40,617 bases of DNA from a virus. The stretch lies in the IMG/VR virus record IMGVR_UViG_3300045988_087103, positions 1 through 40,617 of that record. One strand, 5' to 3'. This document shows positions 15,543 through 24,513 of the stretch, one piece after another. The first letter of the stretch is position 1, and every line of letters begins with the position of its first letter. The position numbers were made by a program, and so were the translations under genes. A model generated the notes under the pieces. It searched no databases. It worked only from the letters and a program-made list of their open reading frames with translations, and was not told the origin of the DNA.

Positions 15543-15845
15543 GTGGCAAGAGTAAGGGAGACATACTTAAAAGATTATGGAATCTCGCGGGAATATGCTA
15601 AACGGCTTAGAGAGTACTGCAAAAGTGTAAGGGGAGAGCAACAAAAGTGGCTTTTTGAGGCTGCACAAAACGCTTGTCCAGACATTGCAGCAGAACTATT
15701 TTACAGTCTTACAACCGGAGTGGGATATGTGAATATGAGTAAAAAACAGTATATACCAATAAAACGCGACGACTTCCAGGGATACCAGCGAAAAGCGCTG
15801 GAAGAATTTGAAAGGCGTCTTAGGTGGAATAGAATAACAATATAA
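15543..15845 (+). CDS. Hypothetical protein (possible late regulator, by position only)
   Basis: 100 aa, GTG start after GGAGGTG. Confidence 0.5.
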   Translation: MARVRETYLKDYGISREYAKRLREYCKSVRGEQQKWLFEAAQNACPDIAAELFYSLTTGVGYVNMSKKQYIPIKRDDFQGYQRKALEEFERRLRWNRITI

Positions 15846-15859
15846 TGTGGGGACAAATC

Positions 15860-15918
15860 ATCACCCCGTATGCGGTAAAATTAAAATAAGGACAATACCG
15901 CATATGGGGTGATTTTTA
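15860..15918 (+). terminator. Strong rho-independent terminator separating the early/middle and packaging modules
   Basis: 18-bp stem (15860..15877 pairs with 15896..15913, one G-U), 18-nt loop, followed by TTTTT. Confidence 0.8.
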
Positions 15919-16030
15919 TGTATAAAGGCAAAAGAAATTACGAAAATTTGCAGAAATGTATATTTGAAGAGGTGAATATAAAGGGTGAAAACAGGGCTTG
16001 CTTTTGAGCCGCTGAATTGTCCAGGGAAAA

Positions 16031-16285
16031 ATGAATTTAAACAGTATTATACGAAAGTTACAACGAGCAATTTTGCAGAAGGGACTTGTGATAAAAATAG
16101 GAACTTCACAGTTTTATAGTCCAGAACAGAAACGCATGATAACCATGCATAGTCTCAGCACGCGGATAATATACAGGAATACACATGGAGAATGGAAAGA
16201 ACGGGATTATGAAATACTTCGTACTGCTTCAATGGTGGAAGTTGCAAATTGCTTAAATGATATATGGCAGGCGGTGAAAGAATGA
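16031..16285 (+). CDS. Hypothetical protein
   Basis: 84 aa ORF immediately upstream of the terminase gene. Confidence 0.5.
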   Translation: MNLNSIIRKLQRAILQKGLVIKIGTSQFYSPEQKRMITMHSLSTRIIYRNTHGEWKERDYEILRTASMVEVANCLNDIWQAVKE

Positions 16286-16374
16286 GGTATTTGATAGGCA
16301 GGAAAACGAGTATTGATTATTTTGCTGCTCCAAATAGTCGGATGATTATAGAAATACATAGGGGCGGTGGATAA

Positions 16375-18006
16375 ATGAAACTTACATTAAAGCAGAAAGC
16401 GTTCGCGGACGAATACTTGAAAAACGGTGGGAATTTATCTGATGCAGCAAAAAAGGCAGGCTATTCAGACGCAGTGGCTAAAAATGCGAGAAAAAACATC
16501 TTGGAGAAACGTGGGGTTTCGGACTATATAGCAGAAAGACAGAAAGAAATAGAAAAACAAACTGGAAGAGACATAATGAGCCTTGCAGAGATACAAGAAC
16601 GTCGTACAAAACTTGCAAGAGGAGAACTAAAAGACAATTTCGGATTTGCGCCTGACTTTTCAGACCAAATAAAGGCAATGAATGACTTGGAGAAAGCGCT
16701 GACCATAAAGGAAGAGAAAGAAGCTGAGAAGAAAGCAATGGAAGAGGCGAGGAAGAGCGGCGTGTATCACATTGACCTTGATGTTGTAGCTGATGTATTC
16801 CACCCTATGATTCGGGATATCCGTAAAGGGAAACATTCAGAGTATGTTCTTCCAGGCGGTAGAGGCTCTACAAAGTCCTCTGGTATATCCTGTATTATAC
16901 CGGAGTTGATAAAGAATAATCCTTCCATGCACGCCCTTATATTGCGTAAAGTAGGGAATACAATTAAAGATTCCGTATATGCGCAAATGAAATGGGCGAT
17001 AGGAGCGCTTGACCTTGAGCAAGTATTTGAATACAAGAAATCGCCTTTTGAGATTATCTATAAGCCTACAGGGCAGAAAATATATTTCCGTGGTGCAGAC
17101 GACCCTCTTAAAATTAAGTCGATTAAGCCGGAGTTCGGATATATCGGGATTTTGTGGCTGGAGGAACTTGACCAGTTTGCGGGACCGGAAGAAGTGAGAA
17201 GTATACAACAGTCTGCTATCCGTGGAGGTGACAAGGCTTTCCGGTTTAAGTCATTTAATCCGCCTAGAAGTAAAAATAATTGGGCGAATGAGTATGCGGA
17301 AGAAGCAGAACTCAAAAATGATTCGGCTATGGTAGTGCATAGTACATATAAGGACGTGCCGCCAGAGTGGTTAGGCGAAGAATTTATAAATGAAGCTGAA
17401 CATCTCAAAGAAGTCAATCCCGCCGCCTATGAAAATGAATATGAAGGAGTAGCAAATGGGAACGGAGGGAATGTATTTGAATTTTTGGAATTGAGAGAAA
17501 TTACAGATGAAGAAATTTCTCATATGGACAAGATATATCAAGGGGTTGACTGGGGATGGTTTCCTGACCCGTATGCTTTTATTCGGGCATATTACGACCA
17601 TGCGAGAGAGACTATCTATTTGATTGATGAGCATTACGCAAATAAGGAGCCGAACACGGTAACAGCGGATTGGATAAAAGAGAAAGGCTATAACGACTAC
17701 TGTATTATCTGCGACTCCGCAGAGAAAAAGTCTGTGAATGATTACAGGGATTTAGGTGTGTTCTCACGAGCAGCAATCAAAGGGCCCGGCTCTGTGGACT
17801 ATGGAATGAAGTGGTTGCAGAAAAGGAAGATAGTCATTGACCGCAGGAGAACACCGAATGCATATAATGAACTGACAAGATATGAATACGAACGAGATAA
17901 GGACGGGAACATCATTTCCGGTTATCCTGACGCAGATAACCACATTATAGACGCTCTCAGATATGCGTTTGAGCCAGTATTTATGAGGCGTGGAACACAG
18001 GCATAA
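16375..18006 (+). CDS. Terminase: small-subunit-like N-terminal domain fused to a PBSX-type large subunit
   Basis: 543 aa. Residues 1 to about 130 (LTLKQKAFADEYLKNGGNLSDAAKKAGYS...VSDYIAERQKEI) look like Terminase_2 TerS. The rest carries Walker A GGRGSTKSS and a TerL nuclease-like C-terminus. Confidence 0.8.
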   Translation: MKLTLKQKAFADEYLKNGGNLSDAAKKAGYSDAVAKNARKNILEKRGVSDYIAERQKEIEKQTGRDIMSLAEIQERRTKLARGELKDNFGFAPDFSDQIKAMNDLEKALTIKEEKEAEKKAMEEARKSGVYHIDLDVVADVFHPMIRDIRKGKHSEYVLPGGRGSTKSSGISCIIPELIKNNPSMHALILRKVGNTIKDSVYAQMKWAIGALDLEQVFEYKKSPFEIIYKPTGQKIYFRGADDPLKIKSIKPEFGYIGILWLEELDQFAGPEEVRSIQQSAIRGGDKAFRFKSFNPPRSKNNWANEYAEEAELKNDSAMVVHSTYKDVPPEWLGEEFINEAEHLKEVNPAAYENEYEGVANGNGGNVFEFLELREITDEEISHMDKIYQGVDWGWFPDPYAFIRAYYDHARETIYLIDEHYANKEPNTVTADWIKEKGYNDYCIICDSAEKKSVNDYRDLGVFSRAAIKGPGSVDYGMKWLQKRKIVIDRRRTPNAYNELTRYEYERDKDGNIISGYPDADNHIIDALRYAFEPVFMRRGTQA

Positions 18007-18125
18007 GGCAGTTGAACAGGTGGATTGTATAGAGGTAATTTTATTGGGGACTAAAGAATATGAGAAAATCCACGGAGAACCTATTGAGTTAGGAATTAAA
18101 TTTGAAATGTAAGGAGTATTAAAGC

Positions 18126-18461
18126 ATGTATATGGCATTAACCGAAGAACAGGCACAGGAAGTTAGAAAGATTGGAATATATGTGATTGAGTGGAAAAGA
18201 TGCATACGAAACAATGTAAATGTTGTGATTTGTGCAATAAATAAAATAGCTGATAAAGCGGCGAAAGCGTGGAAAGTGATTGTGGATGCCGCAAGAGATT
18301 TTGTTGATATGGCAGCGCTTGTCATTGAAGAAATCAAGGAAAAATTTCATTATCCTGTGTCATGTCAGTACAAGTTCGTGAGGATTCTCGGTGCTATGGG
18401 ATATGATAAGCGGCATGTATGGATGCTGACGCGGCAATGGCTTGCAAGGAGTAATTGTTAA
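18126..18461 (+). CDS. Hypothetical protein
   Basis: 111 aa, SD taaggag. Confidence 0.55.
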   Translation: MYMALTEEQAQEVRKIGIYVIEWKRCIRNNVNVVICAINKIADKAAKAWKVIVDAARDFVDMAALVIEEIKEKFHYPVSCQYKFVRILGAMGYDKRHVWMLTRQWLARSNC

Positions 18462-18538
18462 GGAGGATAAACTGTGAGAAAAGAAAAATTTAAAAATCAG
18501 GTTGGAGATATTTTACACGAAAAACGCAGGTGGTGTAA

Positions 18539-19981
18539 ATGGGGCTGATAACATGGATAAAGGCGGTGTGGAATAAATTGTTTTGGAAAGAGATAGAGGA
18601 ACGGTTTCATGCGGATGTACAACTTTCTACTGTTATGGAATCAGAGATAATTAAATATTACAATATTACTTCTGGGAAACCACCATGGCTCAACCCAGAA
18701 GATGATATTGAGAGTATTAATTTTGCAGGATATATTAATGATGTGACAGCAGGACTTGTGACGCTGGATTTAGGGATTGATATTTCCGGAAGTGCGCGCG
18801 CGGAATATTTGCAAAAGCAGGCTGATTATGTGTTGGCAGTGATTACAGATAAGGCATCAGAGGGTTTGGGGAACTGTGGCATTATGTTTAAACCAAACGG
18901 TGATAATATAGACTATGTTGAGGCGGGTAGCTTTGCACCAACAGAGACAGACAGTAACGGTAATATTTTAGGTTGTGTATTTCAAAGCCAGATAGACCGG
19001 GGAAACTGGAGGTATACTCGATTGGAATGGCACAGGTTCGAGGAGACCACACTGGAAGATGGTGCGGCGGGGAAGATCTATCACATTACAAATTATGCTT
19101 ATAAGGCGAGAACTGGAAGAATGACAGCAAACCAGTCAAACATAGGGAATCCATGCAAATTAACAGAAGTCAAGGAGTGGGCGAATATTGAGCCGGATAT
19201 ATTATTATTAAATGTGAAAATGCCGTTGTTTGCATATTTCAAAAATCCCGCACCAAATCGCATTGACCGGACAAGCCCCTTAGGAGTTCCCGTGTGGCAC
19301 AATGCTTTAAAAGAATTAAAAGACCTTGACATAGCATGGAGCAGGAAAAGTGGAGAAATTGAGGATAGTAAACACATCACCTTCGTGGCGCAGGCAGCCA
19401 TCAAAAATCCCATAACAAACGAAGAGGTTAGTCTCCCGCGTTTTGTGCGCGGATTGGAAATGGGGGTTGACGGGGATAGCACGATAAATGAGCATGTATC
19501 CACACTCCTTACAGAGCAGCGTATCAAGGATATCAACTCCATTCTTGCCATGATTTCGACCAAATGTGGATTTTCCCAGGGGATGTTCGTTTTGGATGAG
19601 AAAACAGGCATGATGACGGCCACACAGGTAGAGGCAGACGACCAGGAAACAATCCGAACGATTAAAAACATCAGAGATGCGCTGCAGGACACCATGATAA
19701 ATCTGCTGTATGCCTGCAATGTAATGGCAGACCTTTACGGAGATACACCACCGGAACTGTGGGAAACATTAAAAGAATCTATATCTTTTAGCTTTGGGGA
19801 CATTACATATAACTATCAGGAAGATATGGCAAACTGGTGGAAATATAGAGTTCAGGGAGATGTGCCGCCGTGGATGTACTATGTTAAATTTGAGAAGATG
19901 TCCGAAGAAGAAGCGAAGAAAATGGTGGAAGAAGCGCAGCCAAAAGAAGAAAGAATATTTGATAGCTACAGAGAGGAATAA
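18539..19981 (+). CDS. Portal protein (SPP1 gp6-like)
   Basis: 480 aa, directly after the terminase region. Size, position and acidic C-terminus fit. Confidence 0.75.
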   Translation: MGLITWIKAVWNKLFWKEIEERFHADVQLSTVMESEIIKYYNITSGKPPWLNPEDDIESINFAGYINDVTAGLVTLDLGIDISGSARAEYLQKQADYVLAVITDKASEGLGNCGIMFKPNGDNIDYVEAGSFAPTETDSNGNILGCVFQSQIDRGNWRYTRLEWHRFEETTLEDGAAGKIYHITNYAYKARTGRMTANQSNIGNPCKLTEVKEWANIEPDILLLNVKMPLFAYFKNPAPNRIDRTSPLGVPVWHNALKELKDLDIAWSRKSGEIEDSKHITFVAQAAIKNPITNEEVSLPRFVRGLEMGVDGDSTINEHVSTLLTEQRIKDINSILAMISTKCGFSQGMFVLDEKTGMMTATQVEADDQETIRTIKNIRDALQDTMINLLYACNVMADLYGDTPPELWETLKESISFSFGDITYNYQEDMANWWKYRVQGDVPPWMYYVKFEKMSEEEAKKMVEEAQPKEERIFDSYREE

Positions 19982-19984
19982 GAA

Positions 19985-21202
19985 ATGCTGACACCGGATT
20001 ATCTGTACAGGATAACAGAAGGCGCCGAAGAAATAGCCTCGGTATTGCACAAGAACATTATGGACAAAATAATCTCTCGTATAATGACCCGGCTCGGAAG
20101 AGGGGAAGACTACCTGCTTACTGCTACGGATAAATGGCAGATAGAGGTTTTACAGGAAGCGGGATATCTTTTAGAGGACATACAGAAAGAGTTGTCCGAT
20201 AAAACAAAAGTGCAGCTTAAAGAAATAAAAGAAGCCATGGAAGAAACAGGAATAACGGCCTTGCAGTGGGACGATAAAATATATCGTGCAGTAGGGCTGT
20301 CTCCGGTTCCGTTGGTGCAGTCCCCGGCGCTTATGCGACTCATGCAGCGCAACTACGAAGCTACGGCGGGAGAGTGGAGAAACTTTACCAGAACCACTGC
20401 AAACGGAGCACAGAGGCTTTTTATTAAGCAGATGGATACTGCGTACCATATGGTCGCTTCTGGGGCTGTATCGTACACAGAGGCGGTCAGAGACGTAATA
20501 AAAGAGGTTTCCGATGACGGACTGAAAGTGCAGTATCCCTCGGGATACAAAATGAGTATAGAAGCTGCTACTATGATGATTTTGCGAACAGGTGTAAGCC
20601 AGGCGGCGGGGCAAATATCCATTGAACGCATGAAAGAAATGAAATGGGATACTATCCTTGTAAGCAGCCATTTGGGTGCCCGCATTGGAGACGGCGGGGA
20701 GAATCCGGGAAACCACTCCTGGTGGCAGGGGAAGTTTTATAGTCTTTCCGGAAAAGATAAGCGGTTTCCGCCATTTACAGAAACTGGATACGGGACAGTA
20801 ACGGGATTGTGCGGTGCGAACTGTTTGCACAATTTTGGCGCCAGTGACGGAGAAAATAACTATTTTGAACAATATGATAACGAAGAAAATAAAAAGGCAT
20901 ATGAAAAAAAACAGCGCCAGCGGACATTAGAGCGTCGTGTGCGAGGCACAAAGCGTAAAATACAGAATATGCAGACGGCAGTAGATAATTGCCAGGACCC
21001 CCAATTAAAATTTGAGTTGCAGCAGGAACTTGACCGGAAATCTTATCTTTTAAGCAAGCAAAATAAAGCCTATCGGCAATTTTGCGAAGATAACAAACTT
21101 AAACCGTACCATGAAAGGTTACAGGTAGCCAAATGGAACAGAGAGCAGGCAAGGAAAGCAACAGGAGCGGCAAGACGGTACGAGAGTGCGAAAGGGGAAT
21201 AA
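19985..21202 (+). CDS. Head morphogenesis / minor capsid protein (SPP1 gp7 / Mu F-like)
   Basis: 405 aa after the portal gene. GLCGANCLHNF motif and a basic coiled C-terminus. Confidence 0.65.
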   Translation: MLTPDYLYRITEGAEEIASVLHKNIMDKIISRIMTRLGRGEDYLLTATDKWQIEVLQEAGYLLEDIQKELSDKTKVQLKEIKEAMEETGITALQWDDKIYRAVGLSPVPLVQSPALMRLMQRNYEATAGEWRNFTRTTANGAQRLFIKQMDTAYHMVASGAVSYTEAVRDVIKEVSDDGLKVQYPSGYKMSIEAATMMILRTGVSQAAGQISIERMKEMKWDTILVSSHLGARIGDGGENPGNHSWWQGKFYSLSGKDKRFPPFTETGYGTVTGLCGANCLHNFGASDGENNYFEQYDNEENKKAYEKKQRQRTLERRVRGTKRKIQNMQTAVDNCQDPQLKFELQQELDRKSYLLSKQNKAYRQFCEDNKLKPYHERLQVAKWNREQARKATGAARRYESAKGE

Positions 21203-21213
21203 CGTGGGGACAA

Positions 21214-21417
21214 ATGAAAGATGAAAAGGTGATAAAATGTATGAGAACAGAGGAGATAGAAGACTGGGTGCACTGCCCTAAGTGCGGCAGTAAGACCAGA
21301 ACCAAAATACAGGTGGATACCACCGCAAAGAATCTCCCTGTGTTCTGCCCGAAATGCAAAAAAACTTTTTTGGCAGAAGTCCATAAGGGATTAAAAACAA
21401 TATTTAAGAACAAATAG
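21214..21417 (+). CDS. Cys-rich KTR-type small zinc-ribbon protein (moron)
   Basis: 67 aa. CPKCGSKTRTKIQVDTTAKNLPVFCPKCKK matches the Cys_rich_KTR pattern. Followed by its own terminator. Confidence 0.65.
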   Translation: MKDEKVIKCMRTEEIEDWVHCPKCGSKTRTKIQVDTTAKNLPVFCPKCKKTFLAEVHKGLKTIFKNK

Positions 21418-21439
21418 GCCAGACGCCAGACGCAGAGCC
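21418..21439 (+). repeat. 22-nt direct repeat GCCAGACGCCAGACGCAGAGCC, copy 1
   Basis: Exact match to 27501..27522. Begins directly after the TAG stop at 21415..21417. Contains tandem GCCAGAC x2. Confidence 0.9.
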
Positions 21440-21477
21440 AAGTGGAATGTGTGATATGTTCCACTGGCTCTTTTCTT
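21434..21477 (+). terminator. Rho-independent terminator after the KTR gene
   Basis: AGAGCCAAGTGGAA (21434..21447) pairs with TTCCACTGGCTCT (21459..21471), one bulged A, then TTTCTT. Confidence 0.65.
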
Positions 21478-21572
21478 ATATTTGATTCCTCCTTCCAAGG
21501 TGCACGTCCTTAATAGAAACGGTTATATGCCGGAGGTTGAAAAGCGGATGCAATTTCCGGCGTGCACAGTAT

Positions 21573-21645
21573 TGGGGCATAGCGCAGTTGGCAGAGCGCC
21601 TGTCTTACATACAGCAAGTCCCCGGTTCGATTCCGGGTGCCCTGA
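21573..21645 (+). tRNA. tRNA-Val(UAC)-like gene with non-canonical pairs
   Basis: Manual cloverleaf. Acceptor TGGGGCA/TGCCCTG, with U-G and G-U at pairs 1:72 and 2:71. D-arm GCGC-AGTTGGCA-GAGC. Anticodon arm CCTGT-CTTACAT-ACAGC, anticodon TAC at 21606..21608. Variable AAGTC. Perfect T-arm CCCGG-TTCGATT-CCGGG. Discriminator A, no encoded CCA. Confidence 0.7.
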
Positions 21646-21736
21646 TTCCGGACAAGCCAAGTCCTATAAAACGGCAAACCGTTGGTGGACGGTTACACAC
21701 CTATAAATAACCTAATAGCGGATAAGGAGAAGAAAA

Positions 21737-22339
21737 ATGAAGACAGAAGATTTAAGAGAAAAAGGACTGACCGAAGAACAGATTGCCTTTGTTATGGCAG
21801 AAAACGGGAAAGACCTCAAAAATCTGCAGAAAGAAAATGAAAATCTGACCTCTGACCGGGATAACTGGAAAGAGAAAGCAGAGGCAGCAGAAGAAACGCT
21901 GAATAAGTTCGATGGGGTTGATGTCGAAGGTCTGAAAACGGAGATTGCAGACTGGAAAGAGAAAGCAGAAGCAGCAGAGCAGGACTACAACCAGAAAATT
22001 TATGAAAGAGATTTTTCTGATGCCTTAAACACAGCGTTTGAAGAACTTAAATTTAGTTCCGAAGCGGCAAAGAAAGCAATTATGGCAGAAGTAAAAGAGG
22101 CTGGACTGAAGCTGAAAGACGGCAAAATCCTTGGCTTAAATGACTTAATTGGACAGATTAAAGAAAAGGACGCCACAGCTTTTATTGACGAAAAACAGCA
22201 GAGAGCCCAGGAGCATGCTGCTCGTTTTACTACTGCCGGAACAGGAAAAAAGACAGACCCGGGAACCAAATTAAATATGGGTGATTTAATGCGGATGAAA
22301 AATGAAAATCCGGGACTGGATATTACACAGTATATGTAA
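21737..22339 (+). CDS. Scaffolding protein
   Basis: 200 aa, highly charged coiled-coil sequence (KEKAEAAEETL...KEKAEAAEQDY) directly upstream of the capsid gene. Confidence 0.75.
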   Translation: MKTEDLREKGLTEEQIAFVMAENGKDLKNLQKENENLTSDRDNWKEKAEAAEETLNKFDGVDVEGLKTEIADWKEKAEAAEQDYNQKIYERDFSDALNTAFEELKFSSEAAKKAIMAEVKEAGLKLKDGKILGLNDLIGQIKEKDATAFIDEKQQRAQEHAARFTTAGTGKKTDPGTKLNMGDLMRMKNENPGLDITQYM

Positions 22340-22351
22340 AGGAGAATGTAA

Positions 22352-23530
22352 ATGCCATTATTTGACAAAAAGAATTTTAATGGAGAGGTTTTTGGTGCAT
22401 ACGTGGAACGTGTGGGAAATCTTAACCGAAACGAATTATTGAAGTCTGGTGCGGTAGTAGAAAAGAGTGAATATGCTGCAATGCTGCCAGACCAGACGGG
22501 CGGAAACTATATTGTAATTCCGATTAAGGCGAGAATCGGCGGAGAAGCTGATAACTACGACGGAAATACGGATATTACAGCAGATTCCAGAGATACATAC
22601 ACGCATGGACGTATTGTTATCGGGCGTGCGCATGGCTGGACGGAAAAAGACTTCTCTACGGATATTACAGGAGAGGATTTCATGCCGGCGGCCGAGGAAG
22701 TGGCAGAATACTGGGACGGTGTAGACCAGGCTACGCTGCTTGCAACTTTAAAAGGTATTTTCTCCATGACTGCAAAAGGCGACAAAGATTTTGTTGAGCA
22801 GCACACTTATGATATTTCAAACAACGCAGACAAAAACGTATTTACAGAAGTTACGTTGAATAACGGTATCCAGAAAGCACTGGGGGACAATAAAGGCAAG
22901 TTTAGTCTGGCAGTTATGCATTCCCAGATTGCTACAAACCTTGAAAATTTAAAACTGCTGGCCTACATGAAGTACACAGACGCAGAAGGCATTGAAAGGG
23001 ACCTTACTCTGGCTACCGTAAACGGAAGAACAGTGCTTATCGACGATAATATGCCGACGGAATCCGTAAAAGCAAAATATGTAAGAGCGGATAAAAACGC
23101 AGAGGGTGCGAAGCTGGTAAAAGAATCTGGTGCAGCAGGAGACAAGGAAATTAATAAATCCGATGTAACCGCTGACATCTCCGACATTAAAGCGAATGAG
23201 TATGTAGTACAGCTTCCGGCTGGTACGGTTTATACAACCTATGTTATGGGCGCAGGCGCCATTGAATACACAAATGTCGGTGCAAAAGTTCCGTATGAAA
23301 TGGACAGAGACCCCAAGACAAAAGGTGGAGTGGATGTGCTTTACTCCCGTCAGCGGAAGATTTTCTCTCCGTACGGAATTTCCTGGAAAGCAGGCTCTAT
23401 TATTTCCCCTACAGACGCAGAACTGGAAGACGGAAGTAAGTGGCAGCTTGCACAGAATAACGATTCCAGCAGTACAAAATATTTCCCGATTAAGGCAATT
23501 CCGATTGCACGGATTAAAACCAGAGGCTAA
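22352..23530 (+). CDS. Major capsid protein
   Basis: 392 aa, strong SD. Position after the scaffold gene and size fit. Confidence 0.75.
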   Translation: MPLFDKKNFNGEVFGAYVERVGNLNRNELLKSGAVVEKSEYAAMLPDQTGGNYIVIPIKARIGGEADNYDGNTDITADSRDTYTHGRIVIGRAHGWTEKDFSTDITGEDFMPAAEEVAEYWDGVDQATLLATLKGIFSMTAKGDKDFVEQHTYDISNNADKNVFTEVTLNNGIQKALGDNKGKFSLAVMHSQIATNLENLKLLAYMKYTDAEGIERDLTLATVNGRTVLIDDNMPTESVKAKYVRADKNAEGAKLVKESGAAGDKEINKSDVTADISDIKANEYVVQLPAGTVYTTYVMGAGAIEYTNVGAKVPYEMDRDPKTKGGVDVLYSRQRKIFSPYGISWKAGSIISPTDAELEDGSKWQLAQNNDSSSTKYFPIKAIPIARIKTRG

Positions 23531-23541
23531 GGAGAAACGCT

Positions 23542-24018
23542 ATGGCATATGCAGATGAAGGGTTTTATGCAAATGATTACTACGGAAACGCTGTGCCTGG
23601 AGAATTTCTTTACAGGTACTTAGAGGCGGCCAGTGACCGTATAGACAATCTTACATACAATCGTCTGGAGGACGGGCTCCCAGAAAATGAACGGGCTAAA
23701 AAGAGAATTAAAAAGGCTGTCTGTGCGGTTGCTGATGCTCTGTACCAGATTGATACGGTTAGAAATAACAGCATGGAAACTGTGGGGACCATAAAGAGAG
23801 AAGACGGTACAGTAACCGGAAAAATGGTATCTTCTGTTTCTTCTGGTTCTGAGAGCATTACCTATGTTACTGGAGTAACCGGGAGCAGCACAGATGTGTA
23901 TATGCAGGCCGCTATGGATAAAAAAGTAGAGAACATGCTGTTGCGGCAGATTGCCACAGAATACTTATGCGGAGTAACAGATAAAAAGGGAGAATATTTA
24001 TTGTATGCAGGAATGTAG
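23542..24018 (+). CDS. Head-tail connector/adaptor protein
   Basis: 158 aa. Position after the capsid gene. N-terminal ...YLEAASDRIDNLTYNRL typical of gp6-like adaptors. Confidence 0.55.
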   Translation: MAYADEGFYANDYYGNAVPGEFLYRYLEAASDRIDNLTYNRLEDGLPENERAKKRIKKAVCAVADALYQIDTVRNNSMETVGTIKREDGTVTGKMVSSVSSGSESITYVTGVTGSSTDVYMQAAMDKKVENMLLRQIATEYLCGVTDKKGEYLLYAGM

Positions 24019-24349
24019 AGTAAATATTTTGGGAACAGAATATGAGGTTTTGTATGTGAAAGAATCCGAAGATGCGATGTTGAAAAACGTGGATGGATAT
24101 ATGGACCCGTATACGAAACAGATTGTTGTGGCTCTGATTGAGGCAGACGAAAAGACCACAAAAAACCAAACGGATTACTACAAACACACCTTAAGGCATG
24201 AGATAGTACATGCGTTTTTATACGAAAGCGGTTTATGGTGTGACAGCAGCACCAAAGACGCATGGGGCGTTTCAGAAGAAATCACTGACTGGATTGCCTT
24301 ACAGTTCCCTAAAATGATGAAAGCGTTCCAGGAGGTGGGGGCGTTATGA
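24005..24349 (+). CDS. Small HExxH-motif protein (putative zinc metallopeptidase)
   Basis: 114 aa. TLRHEIVHAFLYESG carries an HExxH motif. Confidence 0.5.
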   Translation: MQECRVNILGTEYEVLYVKESEDAMLKNVDGYMDPYTKQIVVALIEADEKTTKNQTDYYKHTLRHEIVHAFLYESGLWCDSSTKDAWGVSEEITDWIALQFPKMMKAFQEVGAL

Positions 24350-24498
24350 AAAAGCTGTTTAAAAAACTGTTTAGAAGACTGTTTTGCAAACACGAAAGGA
24401 CAGTGTGTTGCAGAACAATTTTGGATGACGTTTCTCCGGGGAGGTACCGGACGCACCATATCTGGAAATGTGAAAAATGCGGAAAAGAATTCTGGTAA
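24346..24498 (+). CDS. Small basic zinc-ribbon protein (50 aa; too short for the ORF track)
   Basis: ATGA overlap with the previous gene. MKKLFKKLFRRLFCKHERTVCC...WKCEKCGKEFW. Confidence 0.4.
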   Translation: MKKLFKKLFRRLFCKHERTVCCRTILDDVSPGRYRTHHIWKCEKCGKEFW

Positions 24499-24513
24499 GA
24501 GAGGAGGATATCA

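Noticed and set aside
18474-18548. 24-codon GTG ORF with an AGGAGG SD overlapping the portal start
   Set aside because: It is very short with no recognisable features. The SD may simply belong to the region upstream of the portal gene, so support is insufficient to call a gene.
21573-21645. tRNA as a suppressor tRNA signalling stop-codon recoding, prompted by the 22-nt repeat sitting after TAG codons
   Set aside because: The anticodon reads UAC (Val), not CUA/UCA/UUA. TAG, TAA and TGA all terminate well-formed genes at sensible lengths across the genome.
21482-21706. 74-aa + strand ORF
   Set aside because: It spans the tRNA gene and its structured leader and has no SD, so it is a by-product of the RNA locus.
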